A stretch of DNA of 57,561 nucleotides from Candidatus Omnitrophota bacterium (GCA_020343495.1 CP070797.1:78124-135684); one strand, 5' to 3'. Positions 33,771 to 44,188 are shown, numbered from the stretch's first letter. The notes: generated by a model from the sequence alone, not told the origin. Program-made: numbers and translations.

Positions 33771-35286
33771 CGATCCGGGGAAATAATGGTTTTTCTTTTT
33801 TTATTGAATAGGTCTCCTTTTGCGCCCACTTACACTCACGAAGGCTGAGTAACTCCTCCTTTAGCCCTAACTGCCGCAATATTGCCTGGGCGGCTGCCGG
33901 CATAAACGGATAAAGATAAACTGATACGATACGTATGCCTTCTAAGAGTGCGTAAAGAAACTCTTCTATCCGGGAAGTTTCCTTCTCTTTCCATAAAGCC
34001 CAGGGCTTTGTATCTTCTATATATTTGTTCATCACTCTAACAAAAGCAAACACCAAATCAAGGGCAGCAGGAAAATTTAAGCTGTCCATATACTTAGCAT
34101 AATTCTGCGCAAGAGGTGCAAGCGTCTTCTTAAACTGCGCAGGAAGAGAACACTTTCTAGCTGTGACTTTGCCGTCAAAATACTTTTGCGCCATGTTCAG
34201 CGTCCGATAAACTAAATTACCTAAATCATTTGCTAAGTCGCTGTTTATCCGGTTAACTACGGCTTTGTAAGAAAAGTTTCCGTCTGCACCGGGGGAGATT
34301 TCCCGCAGGAGAAAATAACGCAACGCGTCGGTGCCGACGTCTTTAATCAATGTATAGGGGTTTACTATGTTGCCTTTAGATTTTGACATTTTTTCTTCCT
34401 CAACTTTCCACCACCCGTGAGCAAAAATAACACGGGGAAGGCTAACCCCCAAGGCATGCAGCATTACCGGCCAGAAAATTGCGTGGTGCCGCAGGATGTC
34501 TTTTCCGATAAGGTGCAGGTCAGCCGGCCACCACTGTTTAAACTTATCGTCGTCGCTACCGTAACCTACAGCGCTTATATAATTTATGAGGGCGTCAAAC
34601 CATACATAGACAACGTAACTGGCATCTAAAGGAAACTCTACCCCCCAGCTGACTCTTGATTTAGGGCGGGATATACACAAATCAGCTAAAACGTTGTTAT
34701 CGAGAAACCCTTTAACCTCGTTGTAACGAGTCTTTGGCTGGATAAAGGAAGGGTTTTTCTTTAAGTAACTTTTTAACCACCCTTCATATTTTGATAACTT
34801 AAAAAAGTAGTTTTCTTCTTCTATTTTCTCAACTTCTCTTTTACATAAAGCGCACACCCCGCCAGCATCTTTAACCTGCGTAGGTGTCCAGAACGACTCG
34901 CACGGCATACAATAAAACCCCTGATACTTTGCTTTATAAATATCGCCTTTACTGTGAAGAAGGGTTATTACTTTCCTGACAACTTCTTTATGCTCGTTTT
35001 GGGTCGTGCGGATAAAAAAATCGTAAGAAACGTCTAAATCTTTCCAAAGCTTCTTAAAGTTTCCCACCACCCTGTCAACAAACCCTGATACATCCTCGCC
35101 TGACGCCTTAGCTGCCTGGTTTACCTTTTCGCCGTGTTCGTCTGTCCCGGTAAGATAATATACCTGCTCTCCTCCCAAACGCTTAAAGCGCGCCATGCAA
35201 TCACAAATTATACTGGTATAAGCATGCCCAATATGGGGGCTGGCATTAACATAATAAATCGGCGTGGTAATATAAAACTTACTCAT
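33760..35286 (-). CDS. metG: Methionyl-tRNA synthetase (short form, no C-terminal tRNA-binding domain)
   Basis: HIGHAYT and KMSKSKGN class I signatures, plus zinc knuckles CMPCESF and CALCKR. Confidence 0.95.
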   Translation of the reverse strand: MSKFYITTPIYYVNASPHIGHAYTSIICDCMARFKRLGGEQVYYLTGTDEHGEKVNQAAKASGEDVSGFVDRVVGNFKKLWKDLDVSYDFFIRTTQNEHKEVVRKVITLLHSKGDIYKAKYQGFYCMPCESFWTPTQVKDAGGVCALCKREVEKIEEENYFFKLSKYEGWLKSYLKKNPSFIQPKTRYNEVKGFLDNNVLADLCISRPKSRVSWGVEFPLDASYVVYVWFDALINYISAVGYGSDDDKFKQWWPADLHLIGKDILRHHAIFWPVMLHALGVSLPRVIFAHGWWKVEEEKMSKSKGNIVNPYTLIKDVGTDALRYFLLREISPGADGNFSYKAVVNRINSDLANDLGNLVYRTLNMAQKYFDGKVTARKCSLPAQFKKTLAPLAQNYAKYMDSLNFPAALDLVFAFVRVMNKYIEDTKPWALWKEKETSRIEEFLYALLEGIRIVSVYLYPFMPAAAQAILRQLGLKEELLSLRECKWAQKETYSIKKEKPLFPRIDVD

Positions 35287-35290
35287 CGTT

Positions 35291-36097
35291 TTAGTCTATT
35301 TTCTCAAAAGATATTTTCTCTATCTTGCCTTCTCCCAAATCCACGTAAACCAGCCGTTTCAACACGTTAACCGAAATAACTTTACCCTTACCGGCCGGCG
35401 TTTCAATGGTCTGGCCTTCTTTGGGAAGCCCTTTTGAAAATTCACGATAAGTTTTATACTCATAAAAAAGGCAGCACATAAGCCTTCCGCATATGCCGGA
35501 AATCTTTCCTGAACTTAACGGCAGCCTCTGCAGTTTAGCCATTTTCATGCTCACCGGCTCAAAACTCTTTAAGAACCTCACGCAACATAAAGAGTGGCCG
35601 CACGGCCCCACTCCGCCAAAAATCCTTGCTTCATCGCGCACTCCGATCTGGCGCATCTCTATTCTTATCTTAAATATTTTTGCTAAGTCCTTAACGACTT
35701 CCCTAAAATCTATGCGGCCGTCCGAAGTAAAGTAAAAAACAATCTTCTTTCTGTCAAAAGAGTACTCGGCATCCACTAACTTCATCGGCAGCTTATATTC
35801 CCTGACTTTGCGCGAACATAACTTCAATGCGTCTTTGGCCTGGCGTTTGTTCTCCTTTATTTGTTTTAAATCCTGGGGCGTAACGCGGCGCAGAATATTC
35901 TTTAAGGAACTCTCCCCCCTGGGACAAGACTCGTTATTCTTCATGGGAAACACTGTCTCGCCGACTTCAACGACTTCGCCGTAATCTATACCCCTATCTG
36001 CTTCTACAATAACGTAGTTGTTAACGGCAATGTCATCTGCCCCTCTATAACTCATAAGCTGGCCGGCTTCTCGTAATCTTATTAAAGCTACCTTCAT
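35291..36097 (-). CDS. ricT: PSP1-domain protein (YaaT/RicT family)
   Basis: PSP1 C-terminal block: GVGPCGHSLCCVRFL...GKISGICGRLMCCLFYE. Confidence 0.85.
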   Translation of the reverse strand: MKVALIRLREAGQLMSYRGADDIAVNNYVIVEADRGIDYGEVVEVGETVFPMKNNESCPRGESSLKNILRRVTPQDLKQIKENKRQAKDALKLCSRKVREYKLPMKLVDAEYSFDRKKIVFYFTSDGRIDFREVVKDLAKIFKIRIEMRQIGVRDEARIFGGVGPCGHSLCCVRFLKSFEPVSMKMAKLQRLPLSSGKISGICGRLMCCLFYEYKTYREFSKGLPKEGQTIETPAGKGKVISVNVLKRLVYVDLGEGKIEKISFEKID

Positions 36098-36125
36098 TTT
36101 ATAGGAACCTCCCTTATACGCTTTT

Positions 36126-36911
36126 TTAGGCGTTTATCTGCATTCTAATCAAGTTAAGGGCTAAATTCTCGTTAACGCTGTTATAGGCGCCGTAAACCTT
36201 CAAAATAACCTCTAAAATACGCTCTATTTGCTTTATTGTGTAAAGTTTAGCAATTATCTCACATTCTCTATTTTTAAGCAACCGATTATTTGAATTGGCG
36301 GTCTGGACAATGAGCTTGTCTCTAAAAAAGACTATTAACGCCCGTAAAAAGTCGCCGAACTGGCGCCGGTCCTTAAACTTAACGTTAACTCCTCCCAAAA
36401 AATCGTCAATAAGGCCACCTAAAGAGCCTAAATCTGCACTTACTTCATAAAAGGGCAAGAATATCTTGCGGCACCGGGAAATTATCGTGGGAAGAATCCC
36501 TTCCAGTTTCGCAGTAGATACGGCAATAAATGAATTAGCCGCAGGCTCCTCCAACGTCTTAAGAAAAGCGCTGGCTGCTTCATTACTTAGACTTTCCGCC
36601 TTCTCTATAAGAACGGTTTTTTTTGCTGCGCGAAAACTCTTTAAAGAAAGGAACCGGATACTTTCTCTTACGTTATCAATCTTTATCGTAAGAGGGTCCG
36701 GTCTTACGACAAAGATATCAGGATGGCTCAAAGTTTCTATTTTCTTACAATCCCAACAGGCCCCGCAAAAGTAAGGGTTGTCTTTACAATTAACTACTTT
36801 TATAACGTCTCTGATGAGAGAAGCCTGCTCTCCTATGAACAGATAAGAAGACCCTACAATATTATGTTTCTTAAGGAGAAAAAAATAGTCTAAAATTTTA
36901 TTTTGTTTCAT
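36126..36911 (-). CDS. holB: DNA polymerase III delta' subunit (short)
   Basis: Zinc module CGACWDCKKIETLSHPDIF, the sensor-like LKTLEEP motif and SRC (IISRCRKI). It lies between tmk and yaaT, as in Firmicutes. The Walker A is degenerate. Confidence 0.7.
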   Translation of the reverse strand: MKQNKILDYFFLLKKHNIVGSSYLFIGEQASLIRDVIKVVNCKDNPYFCGACWDCKKIETLSHPDIFVVRPDPLTIKIDNVRESIRFLSLKSFRAAKKTVLIEKAESLSNEAASAFLKTLEEPAANSFIAVSTAKLEGILPTIISRCRKIFLPFYEVSADLGSLGGLIDDFLGGVNVKFKDRRQFGDFLRALIVFFRDKLIVQTANSNNRLLKNRECEIIAKLYTIKQIERILEVILKVYGAYNSVNENLALNLIRMQINA

Positions 36912-36945
36912 AGTCTATAAATGAAGGCCCAAAACTAAAGAGGAG

Positions 36946-37557
36946 CTAAACTTTTAGCTTGCGCCTTAAGAGGCTCTCTATCTTACCAAATATTTGGTTT
37001 AATGGCTTTTGCGCATTAACAACTTTTATCCTTGCGGGGTTTTTTCTTGCTAACTCCAGATACCCTTTTCTTAATTTCTCATGAAAGGAAAGCGACCTTT
37101 CTTCAATGCGGTCTTTCTTTTTTATTCTGGCTAAGCCCTCTTTAGGCACCACGTCTAAATATATGGTAAAATCAGGCATTATCCCTAAGGAAAACATCTT
37201 AACGCTGCTTTCAACGATTTTACCTAACCCCAAGGCAAAGCCCTGATAAATGAGCGTAGAGTCAAAGAAACGGTCACAAATAACAAAATCATATTGAGAG
37301 AATGCTCCTATCAGCTTCTCTTCAATCAGCTGGGTCCTTGCCGCTAAATACAACAGGAGTTCGGTATGCGCTGATAACTTTTTATTCTTATTATCTAAAA
37401 GAATTCGCCTTATTTTTTCACCCACAGAGGTTGAACCCGGCTCACGAAACACGCCAACAGAAAACCCTTCTTTCTTAAGAAGCTTCTGTATAAACCCGAT
37501 TACGCTGCTTTTACCGCTGCCTTCCAACCCTTCAACCGTAATAAATTTTGCCTTCAT
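36946..37557 (-). CDS. tmk: dTMP kinase
   Basis: FITVEGLEGSGKSS P-loop and the DRF motif. Length 203 aa. Confidence 0.9.
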   Translation of the reverse strand: MKAKFITVEGLEGSGKSSVIGFIQKLLKKEGFSVGVFREPGSTSVGEKIRRILLDNKNKKLSAHTELLLYLAARTQLIEEKLIGAFSQYDFVICDRFFDSTLIYQGFALGLGKIVESSVKMFSLGIMPDFTIYLDVVPKEGLARIKKKDRIEERSLSFHEKLRKGYLELARKNPARIKVVNAQKPLNQIFGKIESLLRRKLKV

Positions 37558-38996
37558 TTTTTCTCCCTTTCTTCAGGTAATTGTCTTGCTACAAGCATAG
37601 TAGAAGTAGCGCTATCCGTTACATGATACGGAAATTCCCTTTCTATTTCTTTTCTTACCTGGTCTGCTTTTTTGAAATTTTTCTCTTTTCTTAACCGGCT
37701 TCTTTCTTTAATCTTTCTCCACAACTTAGGCGGAACTTTCTCTTTAGGTTTTATTTTTAATCCCAATATATTAAAAAAAACCGCTAACTTATCTTTAATA
37801 TAATTAAAAGCTCCCTTTTTATCGCAAGATACAAAACCGGAACCTAAATCAAGCAGTTCAAACAAGGAAGCTAAAGCCCGAGGCGTATTAAAATCGTCAT
37901 CCATGGCATCTTGAAATTTAATACACATATTATCCACTTTAATTTTATCTTTTGCCGATAAAGGGATTTGTTTTCCTTTCTCGCGCAGGGAAATCTTATC
38001 AAAAAAATCATAGAAACTTTTCTTCTGTTTTTTCACTTCGGCAATCTTTTCCTCATTGTAATCTATGGGTCGAGAATAATGTGCCGACAAAAAGAATAGT
38101 TTCAACAAATCAGCGTCTCTATACCTCGCCATAAAGTCCCTGACCGTCACGAAATTGCCTAACGACTTAGCCATCTTCTGGCCGTTGATAGTTAAAAGGC
38201 CGTGATGTATCCAGTAGTTTGCAAAGGGTTTGCCGGTTAAAGCTTGCGATTGCGCCAGTTCATTCTCATGATGGGGAAACACCAAATCCCTCCCCCCCCC
38301 GTGTATATCCAACGTATCGGTCATTAAATACTTCTGGCTCATTACCGAACACTCAATATGCCAGCCAGGCCTCCCCTTTCCCCAGGGACTGGGCCAATAA
38401 GGCTCATCAGGCTTTGCTTTCTTCCAGAGAGCAAAATCAAGAGGGTCTTTTTTTAAGGGGTCCTCATCAATTCTTACTGAAGACAGGAGCTCATCTATTT
38501 TTTTATTGGAAAGCTCTCCGTAAGAAGGGAATTTCCTCACAGAAAAATATACGTTACCCTGCGCCGCGTAAGCAAACCCTTTATCAATCAGGCCTTGAAT
38601 ATAACGTTGCATTGGGGAAATATTCCTGGTGGCTAAAGGCTCTTTATCTGCCTTACCAAGGCCTAAGAGTTTTAAATCTTTGTAGTAACTGTCTATATAA
38701 GTCTTTCTTACTTTATCAAATGCTTTCTTGAGGTTAATTCCCTCTATTTTAGACACTTCTCTGGCTTTATTGATTATCTTATCGTCAACGTCAGTAATGT
38801 TTCGCACAAATTTGACTCTGAATCCTTTATATACTAAGTAGCGGCGCATAACTTCAAAAACATATAGAGACCGGCTATGACCAATATGGCAATCGTCATA
38901 GACCGTAACCCCGCAAGTATACATTTTAACTTCCCGTGAGTCATAAGGCTTAAACTCTTCTTTCTTTCTGGTTAAAGTATTGTATATTTTTAACAT
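37554..38996 (-). CDS. cysS: Cysteinyl-tRNA synthetase
   Basis: HIGHSRS and KMAKSLGN signatures, plus HIECS. Confidence 0.95.
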   Translation of the reverse strand: MLKIYNTLTRKKEEFKPYDSREVKMYTCGVTVYDDCHIGHSRSLYVFEVMRRYLVYKGFRVKFVRNITDVDDKIINKAREVSKIEGINLKKAFDKVRKTYIDSYYKDLKLLGLGKADKEPLATRNISPMQRYIQGLIDKGFAYAAQGNVYFSVRKFPSYGELSNKKIDELLSSVRIDEDPLKKDPLDFALWKKAKPDEPYWPSPWGKGRPGWHIECSVMSQKYLMTDTLDIHGGGRDLVFPHHENELAQSQALTGKPFANYWIHHGLLTINGQKMAKSLGNFVTVRDFMARYRDADLLKLFFLSAHYSRPIDYNEEKIAEVKKQKKSFYDFFDKISLREKGKQIPLSAKDKIKVDNMCIKFQDAMDDDFNTPRALASLFELLDLGSGFVSCDKKGAFNYIKDKLAVFFNILGLKIKPKEKVPPKLWRKIKERSRLRKEKNFKKADQVRKEIEREFPYHVTDSATSTMLVARQLPEEREKK

Positions 38997-39475
38997 TACC
39001 CGATTTCGCTTACCAGCACTGTTGCTAAACAGGAAATAGCGTTGCTGCCGCCTAAAATATTTAACCCTTCTTTAGATTTTATCTTTAGATTAACCCCTGA
39101 TATACAGAATATATTTTCTAACGATTTTACAATCTCTCTCTTATAAGAAACAAGCGCCGGCTTATCAGCAATGACAGTTACGTCAATATTTATAATTTTA
39201 AACCTGTCTACTATCCTTTTGAAAATGAATTTTACGATTTTTTTGCTGTCTATGCCTTTTGATTCTTTACTTTGGGGAGGGAAATAATCTCCAATGTCGC
39301 CCAGAGAAGTTGCCCCGCATAAAGCGTCAGTCACTGCATGTAAAATAACGTCTCCGTCAGAAACAGCTTCCAGGCCCTTACTAAAAGGGATTTTCACCCC
39401 TCCTAAAACTAAATCTTTCTTCTTTCTGCTGAAACGGTGAACGTCAAACCCCAAACCAACGCGGTAATCTTTCAT
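38996..39475 (-). CDS. ispF: 2-C-methyl-D-erythritol 2,4-cyclodiphosphate synthase
   Basis: GLGFDVHRF, SDGDVILHA and GDIG motifs. Length 159 aa. Confidence 0.9.
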   Translation of the reverse strand: MKDYRVGLGFDVHRFSRKKKDLVLGGVKIPFSKGLEAVSDGDVILHAVTDALCGATSLGDIGDYFPPQSKESKGIDSKKIVKFIFKRIVDRFKIINIDVTVIADKPALVSYKREIVKSLENIFCISGVNLKIKSKEGLNILGGSNAISCLATVLVSEIG

Positions 39476-39477
39476 CT

Positions 39478-40158
39478 TTAATTAAACTTTCCTCTTCTAT
39501 AAATCGCTTTCGCCAATACTATATCCTGCGGATAGGTTATCTTAATATTAAACCTGTCGCCGGCAATAACCTTTATTTTCTCACCCCTCATCTCTAAAAC
39601 TTGAGAATCGTCAAAAACCTTGCCGCCCCGCAACTTTTTGTAGGCGCCTAAAATCAAGTCTTTCTTAAAGGCCTGCGGCGTTTGAATGGAAAAAAGCCTG
39701 CTGCGCTCTAAAGTCCGGCTCACAAATCCGGCCTCCACTTTTTTTACGGTATCGCCAACTTCAATGCCGCATATCACAGCGGGATGTTTAACCAACTCGC
39801 CTAAAATACGCCTGATAAGCTTTCTGCTGACAAAAGGCCTGGCTCCGTCGTGAATAAGAACGTACTCGGTCTTCTTACCTAATGAAACCAACCCGTTATA
39901 AACAGAATGGCAGCGCTGCCGGCCTCCGCAGACAAATAAAACTCTCTTATTTCTGTATCTGGGGGGAATTAATTCTTTTGCCTGTTTAAGGTGTTTTTCT
40001 CTTAAAACAAGAACGATTTCTTTTATCTCTTTAATGCCGGCAAAAGCTTTAAAACTATGATAAAAAAGAGGGTTATCTCCCAGCTTAAAAACAGGTTTAT
40101 CAATGTTACCTAACCGCCGGCTACTGCCGGCGCAAACAATTACTGCGCCTGCATTCAT
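39478..40158 (-). CDS. ispD: 2-C-methyl-D-erythritol 4-phosphate cytidylyltransferase
   Basis: VIVCAGSSRRLG (AAGxGxR-type) and VLIHDGARPF. I place the start at ATG 40158 (MNAGAVIV), 1 nt after the upstream stop. Confidence 0.9.
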   Translation of the reverse strand: MNAGAVIVCAGSSRRLGNIDKPVFKLGDNPLFYHSFKAFAGIKEIKEIVLVLREKHLKQAKELIPPRYRNKRVLFVCGGRQRCHSVYNGLVSLGKKTEYVLIHDGARPFVSRKLIRRILGELVKHPAVICGIEVGDTVKKVEAGFVSRTLERSRLFSIQTPQAFKKDLILGAYKKLRGGKVFDDSQVLEMRGEKIKVIAGDRFNIKITYPQDIVLAKAIYRRGKFN

Positions 40159-40159
40159 A

Positions 40160-41134
40160 TTAAACCATCTTCGTAAAAACGATCCGGCCGCTGGGGCTCT
40201 GTAAAACAGAAGTAACTTCGATATTGACAACCTTGCCGATATAGCGTTTTGCATTCTCAACTACTACCATTGTCCCGTCTTCCAGATACCCTATTGCCTG
40301 GTTCTGTTCCTTACCTTCTTTAATAAGCTTTATAGAAAACCTCTCTCCGGCAATAAAAGTAGGTTTAAGAGCATTAACAAGGTCGTTAATGTTCAAAACT
40401 TTCGTCCCCTGCAACTGTGCAATACGGTTTAAGTTATAATCTGTAGTTAAAATTGCTGCATCAAGGTCTTGTGCTAACCTTACAAGCTTCTCATCCACGC
40501 TCCTGACGCCGGGCATCTCTTCGTCAAAAATCTCCACTTCAATGTTCGGCTCTTTCTTTAAAGAATGTAAAATTTCTATACCGCGCTTACCCTTTTGGCG
40601 TTTCATATGATCGGTAGAGTCAGCTAATGCGTGCAGTTCGTTCAACACAAACCGGGGAACAATAAACCTTGCTTCCAGGAAACCTGTCTTGACGATATCA
40701 ATAATTCTGCCGTCAATAATGCTGCTTGTGTCTATTACCACTTCTTCTTCTTTTATCTCCTGCTTTTTAAACTTAACATAGGGAATAACTAAATTGAACT
40801 CGCTACGGCCTTTCAAGCCTAAAGTTACCCCCAGATAGACAAATATAAAAGTAACAAAAGTCCTGGCCATATGATTAATATTTGCAGGAATAGCAAATAA
40901 TTTTAACGCTTCACTGAATATCTTTGCTAAAATCAAGCCTAAAATTACGCCAAAAACAACGGAGGAAAGCCCTTTTAAAGAAACTTTGCGCCCAAACATC
41001 TCAAAAATCACTATAATTGCGCTGATACCAAAACTTATTCCCGCTAAAAAATAAGGGTTCCTGCCTCCTAAGGAATAACCCGTTGCCGTACAGATAAGAA
41101 TAAAAAATATCCTTAAAACATAAAGACTTATCAT
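40160..41134 (-). CDS. yacL: Membrane-anchored PIN/TRAM-domain protein (YacL-like)
   Basis: Four N-terminal TM segments, a PIN domain (VIDTSSIIDGRI ... TTDYNLNRIA) and a C-terminal TRAM-like beta barrel. Confidence 0.8.
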   Translation of the reverse strand: MISLYVLRIFFILICTATGYSLGGRNPYFLAGISFGISAIIVIFEMFGRKVSLKGLSSVVFGVILGLILAKIFSEALKLFAIPANINHMARTFVTFIFVYLGVTLGLKGRSEFNLVIPYVKFKKQEIKEEEVVIDTSSIIDGRIIDIVKTGFLEARFIVPRFVLNELHALADSTDHMKRQKGKRGIEILHSLKKEPNIEVEIFDEEMPGVRSVDEKLVRLAQDLDAAILTTDYNLNRIAQLQGTKVLNINDLVNALKPTFIAGERFSIKLIKEGKEQNQAIGYLEDGTMVVVENAKRYIGKVVNIEVTSVLQSPSGRIVFTKMV

Positions 41135-41175
41135 AAAAACACCTCCTTTAATTGAAAAACATAAAAACAGATAAA

Positions 41176-42510
41176 CTAAAAAACTTCACTAACTACTTCC
41201 TTCAGTGAAGAAAGCCCGACAATATCAAACTTAAAATTATCGTTGATTTCACCTAAATTACTCTCCGGGATAAACACACGCTTAAAGGCGCCCCGCTCAA
41301 CTTCTTTCAAGCGTAAATTTATATTATTTACCTTCCTTAACTCTCCCGCTAACCCGACCTCTCCTATAAATACGCTGTTGGAAGGCAACTCTTTATCTTT
41401 ACAACTGGAAATAATAGCCATGACCGCGCCTAAATCTGCTGCCGGGTCTGCCACGCGAAGGCCGCCGGCAATATTTAAAAAAATATCCTCACTGGATAAC
41501 GATATTTTTAACCGCTTCTCAATTATCGCGATAAGCAAAGAAAACCTGTTAAAATCAAAACCTAAGCTCCGTCTTCTAACCGTACCGAAGTTTGCCCTGC
41601 TTACTAAAGACTGCAGTTCTATAAGAATAGGGCGCAGGCCCTCAATAACACATACTACACAGCTCCCCGAAACGCACTTGTCTTTATGGGGAAGAAAAAG
41701 GTCCGTGGTTTTCTTAACTTCTTTTAGGCCCCCTGAATTCATCTCAAAGACCGCTATATCGCCGGTTGGGCCGAACCGGTTCTTCATAGCACGCAGAATC
41801 CTGTAATTGGAAAGGTTTTCTCCTTCAAAATAAAACACGCAATCAACTATGTGTTCCAGAAGTTTGGGCCCGGCGATTACGCCGTCTTTTGTGACGTGGC
41901 CCACTATAATAATCACTATTTGCTGCGACTTAGCAATCTGCGTCAGGAAATCCGCACAGCCCCGGATCTGAGAAACACTTCCCTTAATGCCTTCGTAAAG
42001 AGGGCAGTGAACTACCTGAATAGAATCCACCATAACAAACTTAAACCCGTAATCTTTTATATATTCAAAAACAGCCTGCAGGTTATCTTCACCGACAACA
42101 TAAAGATTATCAAAATCCGCCTCCAGCCTCCTGGCCCGCAAACTAACCTGCTGCACAGACTCCTCAGCGCTCACGTAAAGGGTCTTACCCAACCCTGACA
42201 GCTTAGAACTCACCTCAAGAAGCAAGGTTGACTTACCTACGCCGGGCTCTCCTCCCAAAAGAACTACCTCGCCGTTTACTAACCCGCCTCCTAAAACGCG
42301 GTCGAACTCATCAATTCCTACAAGAATTCTCTTAACACCGGCTTCCTCTACGTCTTTAAGAAGCTTAGGCGACACTCTTTCTCTGACAATAACTCCCCCC
42401 CCGCTAGCGGCAACTTCTTTCTCTTCCTGAAAACTTTCCCATCCTTGACAAAGGGGACATTTACCCAGCCATTTAATTGATTTATACCCGCAATTAGAAC
42501 AGCAATACAT
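41176..42510 (-). CDS. radA: DNA repair protein RadA/Sms
   Basis: Zinc finger CSNCGY..CPLC, Walker A GGEPGVGKST, the KNRFG motif and a Lon-like C-terminal domain. Confidence 0.95.
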   Translation of the reverse strand: MYCCSNCGYKSIKWLGKCPLCQGWESFQEEKEVAASGGGVIVRERVSPKLLKDVEEAGVKRILVGIDEFDRVLGGGLVNGEVVLLGGEPGVGKSTLLLEVSSKLSGLGKTLYVSAEESVQQVSLRARRLEADFDNLYVVGEDNLQAVFEYIKDYGFKFVMVDSIQVVHCPLYEGIKGSVSQIRGCADFLTQIAKSQQIVIIIVGHVTKDGVIAGPKLLEHIVDCVFYFEGENLSNYRILRAMKNRFGPTGDIAVFEMNSGGLKEVKKTTDLFLPHKDKCVSGSCVVCVIEGLRPILIELQSLVSRANFGTVRRRSLGFDFNRFSLLIAIIEKRLKISLSSEDIFLNIAGGLRVADPAADLGAVMAIISSCKDKELPSNSVFIGEVGLAGELRKVNNINLRLKEVERGAFKRVFIPESNLGEINDNFKFDIVGLSSLKEVVSEVF

Positions 42511-42578
42511 TTCTTGATCTCCTAAATATACACAATAAATTCTAAAAAATTTCGCAATGCTAATTTCAATAAATATCG

Positions 42579-42619
42579 GAAATTAACAGAAACTGACAGA
42601 AATTGATGGAAATTTATTG
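42579..42619. repeat. Four tandem 10-bp phased direct repeats (GAAAyTnAyn)
   Basis: Plus strand reads G GAAATTAACA GAAACTGACA GAAATTGATG GAAATTTATT, in the radA-mlaD intergenic region. Confidence 0.6.
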
Positions 42620-42625
42620 TTTATA

Positions 42626-43351
42626 CTAATTTCTCTTCCGGGTTTCTCTCGGCTTATATAATAACTTCCATGGATTAGCTTTTATATCTTCAATAAAATC
42701 TTCTGTCTTTCTATATATCGAATCGTCATAAAGAAACCTTCCTACCGTGCCTTCTTTATTGCCCATATCTTCAATAATTTGTTTTATTTTGATACTGGCT
42801 TGCTCCATGTTAAGAAGCGTGTTCTCAAAAGATTTCTTAATTTTACCTTCTTTAACAAAATCACTTACTTCTTGCATTGTTTTAGTAAACGTTGCAAAAA
42901 CATTAAAAAGAGGGATGGGAGAAATTCCTTCTACGATTTCGCCTTCTCTTATATAATTTTTCACTCTGGCGGAAGGCGTTACTTCTAAATATTTTTCTCC
43001 GAACAAGCTTAAACTGTTAATAAAAAAGTAAGATTGTTTGGGTATGAGGATGCCTTTCTCAATCTTGGCAAAAACTAATACACCGGGGCGGCCGTCACGT
43101 TCTACGACCTCAACTTTTTTTACTTCCCCCACATCTACGCCGCAAAACCTTACCGGAGAAGCCGCCCGCAACCCTTCGGCGAAATCAAACTCAACCTTTA
43201 TAATATACGTCCCTTTAAAAAGACTGATCTCTCTTATTGAAAAAAGAGTATAAAACAATAAAGCAAAGGCAAAAAGAAAAAAAATGCCTACCTTTATTTC
43301 CGCGAAATATCTTTTTATGTTTATTTTATCCCAAATTCTTCTTCTCATCAT
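42626..43351 (-). CDS. mlaD: MCE-domain protein MlaD
   Basis: N-terminal TM segment, a single MCE domain (FAEGLRAASPVRFCGVDVGEV) and a helical C-terminus. Confidence 0.8.
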   Translation of the reverse strand: MMRRRIWDKINIKRYFAEIKVGIFFLFAFALLFYTLFSIREISLFKGTYIIKVEFDFAEGLRAASPVRFCGVDVGEVKKVEVVERDGRPGVLVFAKIEKGILIPKQSYFFINSLSLFGEKYLEVTPSARVKNYIREGEIVEGISPIPLFNVFATFTKTMQEVSDFVKEGKIKKSFENTLLNMEQASIKIKQIIEDMGNKEGTVGRFLYDDSIYRKTEDFIEDIKANPWKLLYKPRETRKRN

Positions 43352-43407
43352 ACCCCCTTTATTAAGTCGTTAACCGAATGTCGCCAGGTTGGCGACTATC
43401 GACTATG

Positions 43408-44172
43408 TTATACTTCCATCTCCTTTATAGGGCCAGCGGAACTGCCCTTTATAAACTGTTTTACTCTCTCGTCTTTTGTATCTTCTAAATCCTGTTGATT
43501 TCCTTCAAAAATAATCTTGCCTCCTAAAAGGAAAGCCAGGCGGTCAGCGAGTTTTAATCCCACCTCTAAATCATGCGTTACCACCAAAGAAGTAATTGCA
43601 AAATGCTTATGTAAATCTTCAATTAAAGACACTACTTTATCTACGGCGATAGGGTCTATGCCTGTAGTGGGTTCGTCATAAATAACAATTTTAGGATTAT
43701 ATATAATTGCCCTGGCTATAGCTACTCTTTTTTTCATCCCGCCGCTTAACTGGTGCGGGTATAAATCTTCTATTTTCTCCAACCCTACCAAGGCAAGGGT
43801 TTCTTTGACCTTTCGTCTTATTTCCGGTCTGCTTAAACCTGTATGCTGATACAAGAAAAAACCTACGTTTTCTTCTATCGTCAAAAAATCAAATAAGGCG
43901 CTGCCCTGAAAAACTAACCCGAACTGTAACCTGACATCTTCCAAATCTTTTTTATCCAGCTTAGTAATATCTAATCCGTCAACAATGATTTTGCCTTCAT
44001 CGGGAGTCAATAATCCAATGATATTCTTAAGAAGAACGGTTTTACCCGCGCCGCTTCTTCCAATAATTAAAAAGTTCTCCCCCTTATTTATAGAAAGGTT
44101 CACTCCCTCAAGAACTTTCTTCTCTCTAAAATATTTCGTAACTCCTTCAATCTCAATCATTTTTGAACTCAT
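43408..44172 (-). CDS. mlaF: ABC ATPase MlaF
   Basis: GRSGAGKT, LSGGMKKR and IYDEPTTGID motifs. It lies between mlaE and mlaD. Confidence 0.85.
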   Translation of the reverse strand: MSSKMIEIEGVTKYFREKKVLEGVNLSINKGENFLIIGRSGAGKTVLLKNIIGLLTPDEGKIIVDGLDITKLDKKDLEDVRLQFGLVFQGSALFDFLTIEENVGFFLYQHTGLSRPEIRRKVKETLALVGLEKIEDLYPHQLSGGMKKRVAIARAIIYNPKIVIYDEPTTGIDPIAVDKVVSLIEDLHKHFAITSLVVTHDLEVGLKLADRLAFLLGGKIIFEGNQQDLEDTKDERVKQFIKGSSAGPIKEMEV

Positions 44173-44188
44173 TCCTTATCCTATTTTG

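Noticed and set aside
36126-36911. holB as a pseudogene or truncated gene (261 aa, no GxxGxGK P-loop).
   Set aside because: Delta' subunits are normally ATPase-inactive with degenerate Walker A motifs. The zinc module, the sensor-like LKTLEEP motif and the SRC motif are intact, the frame is uninterrupted and the synteny is canonical.
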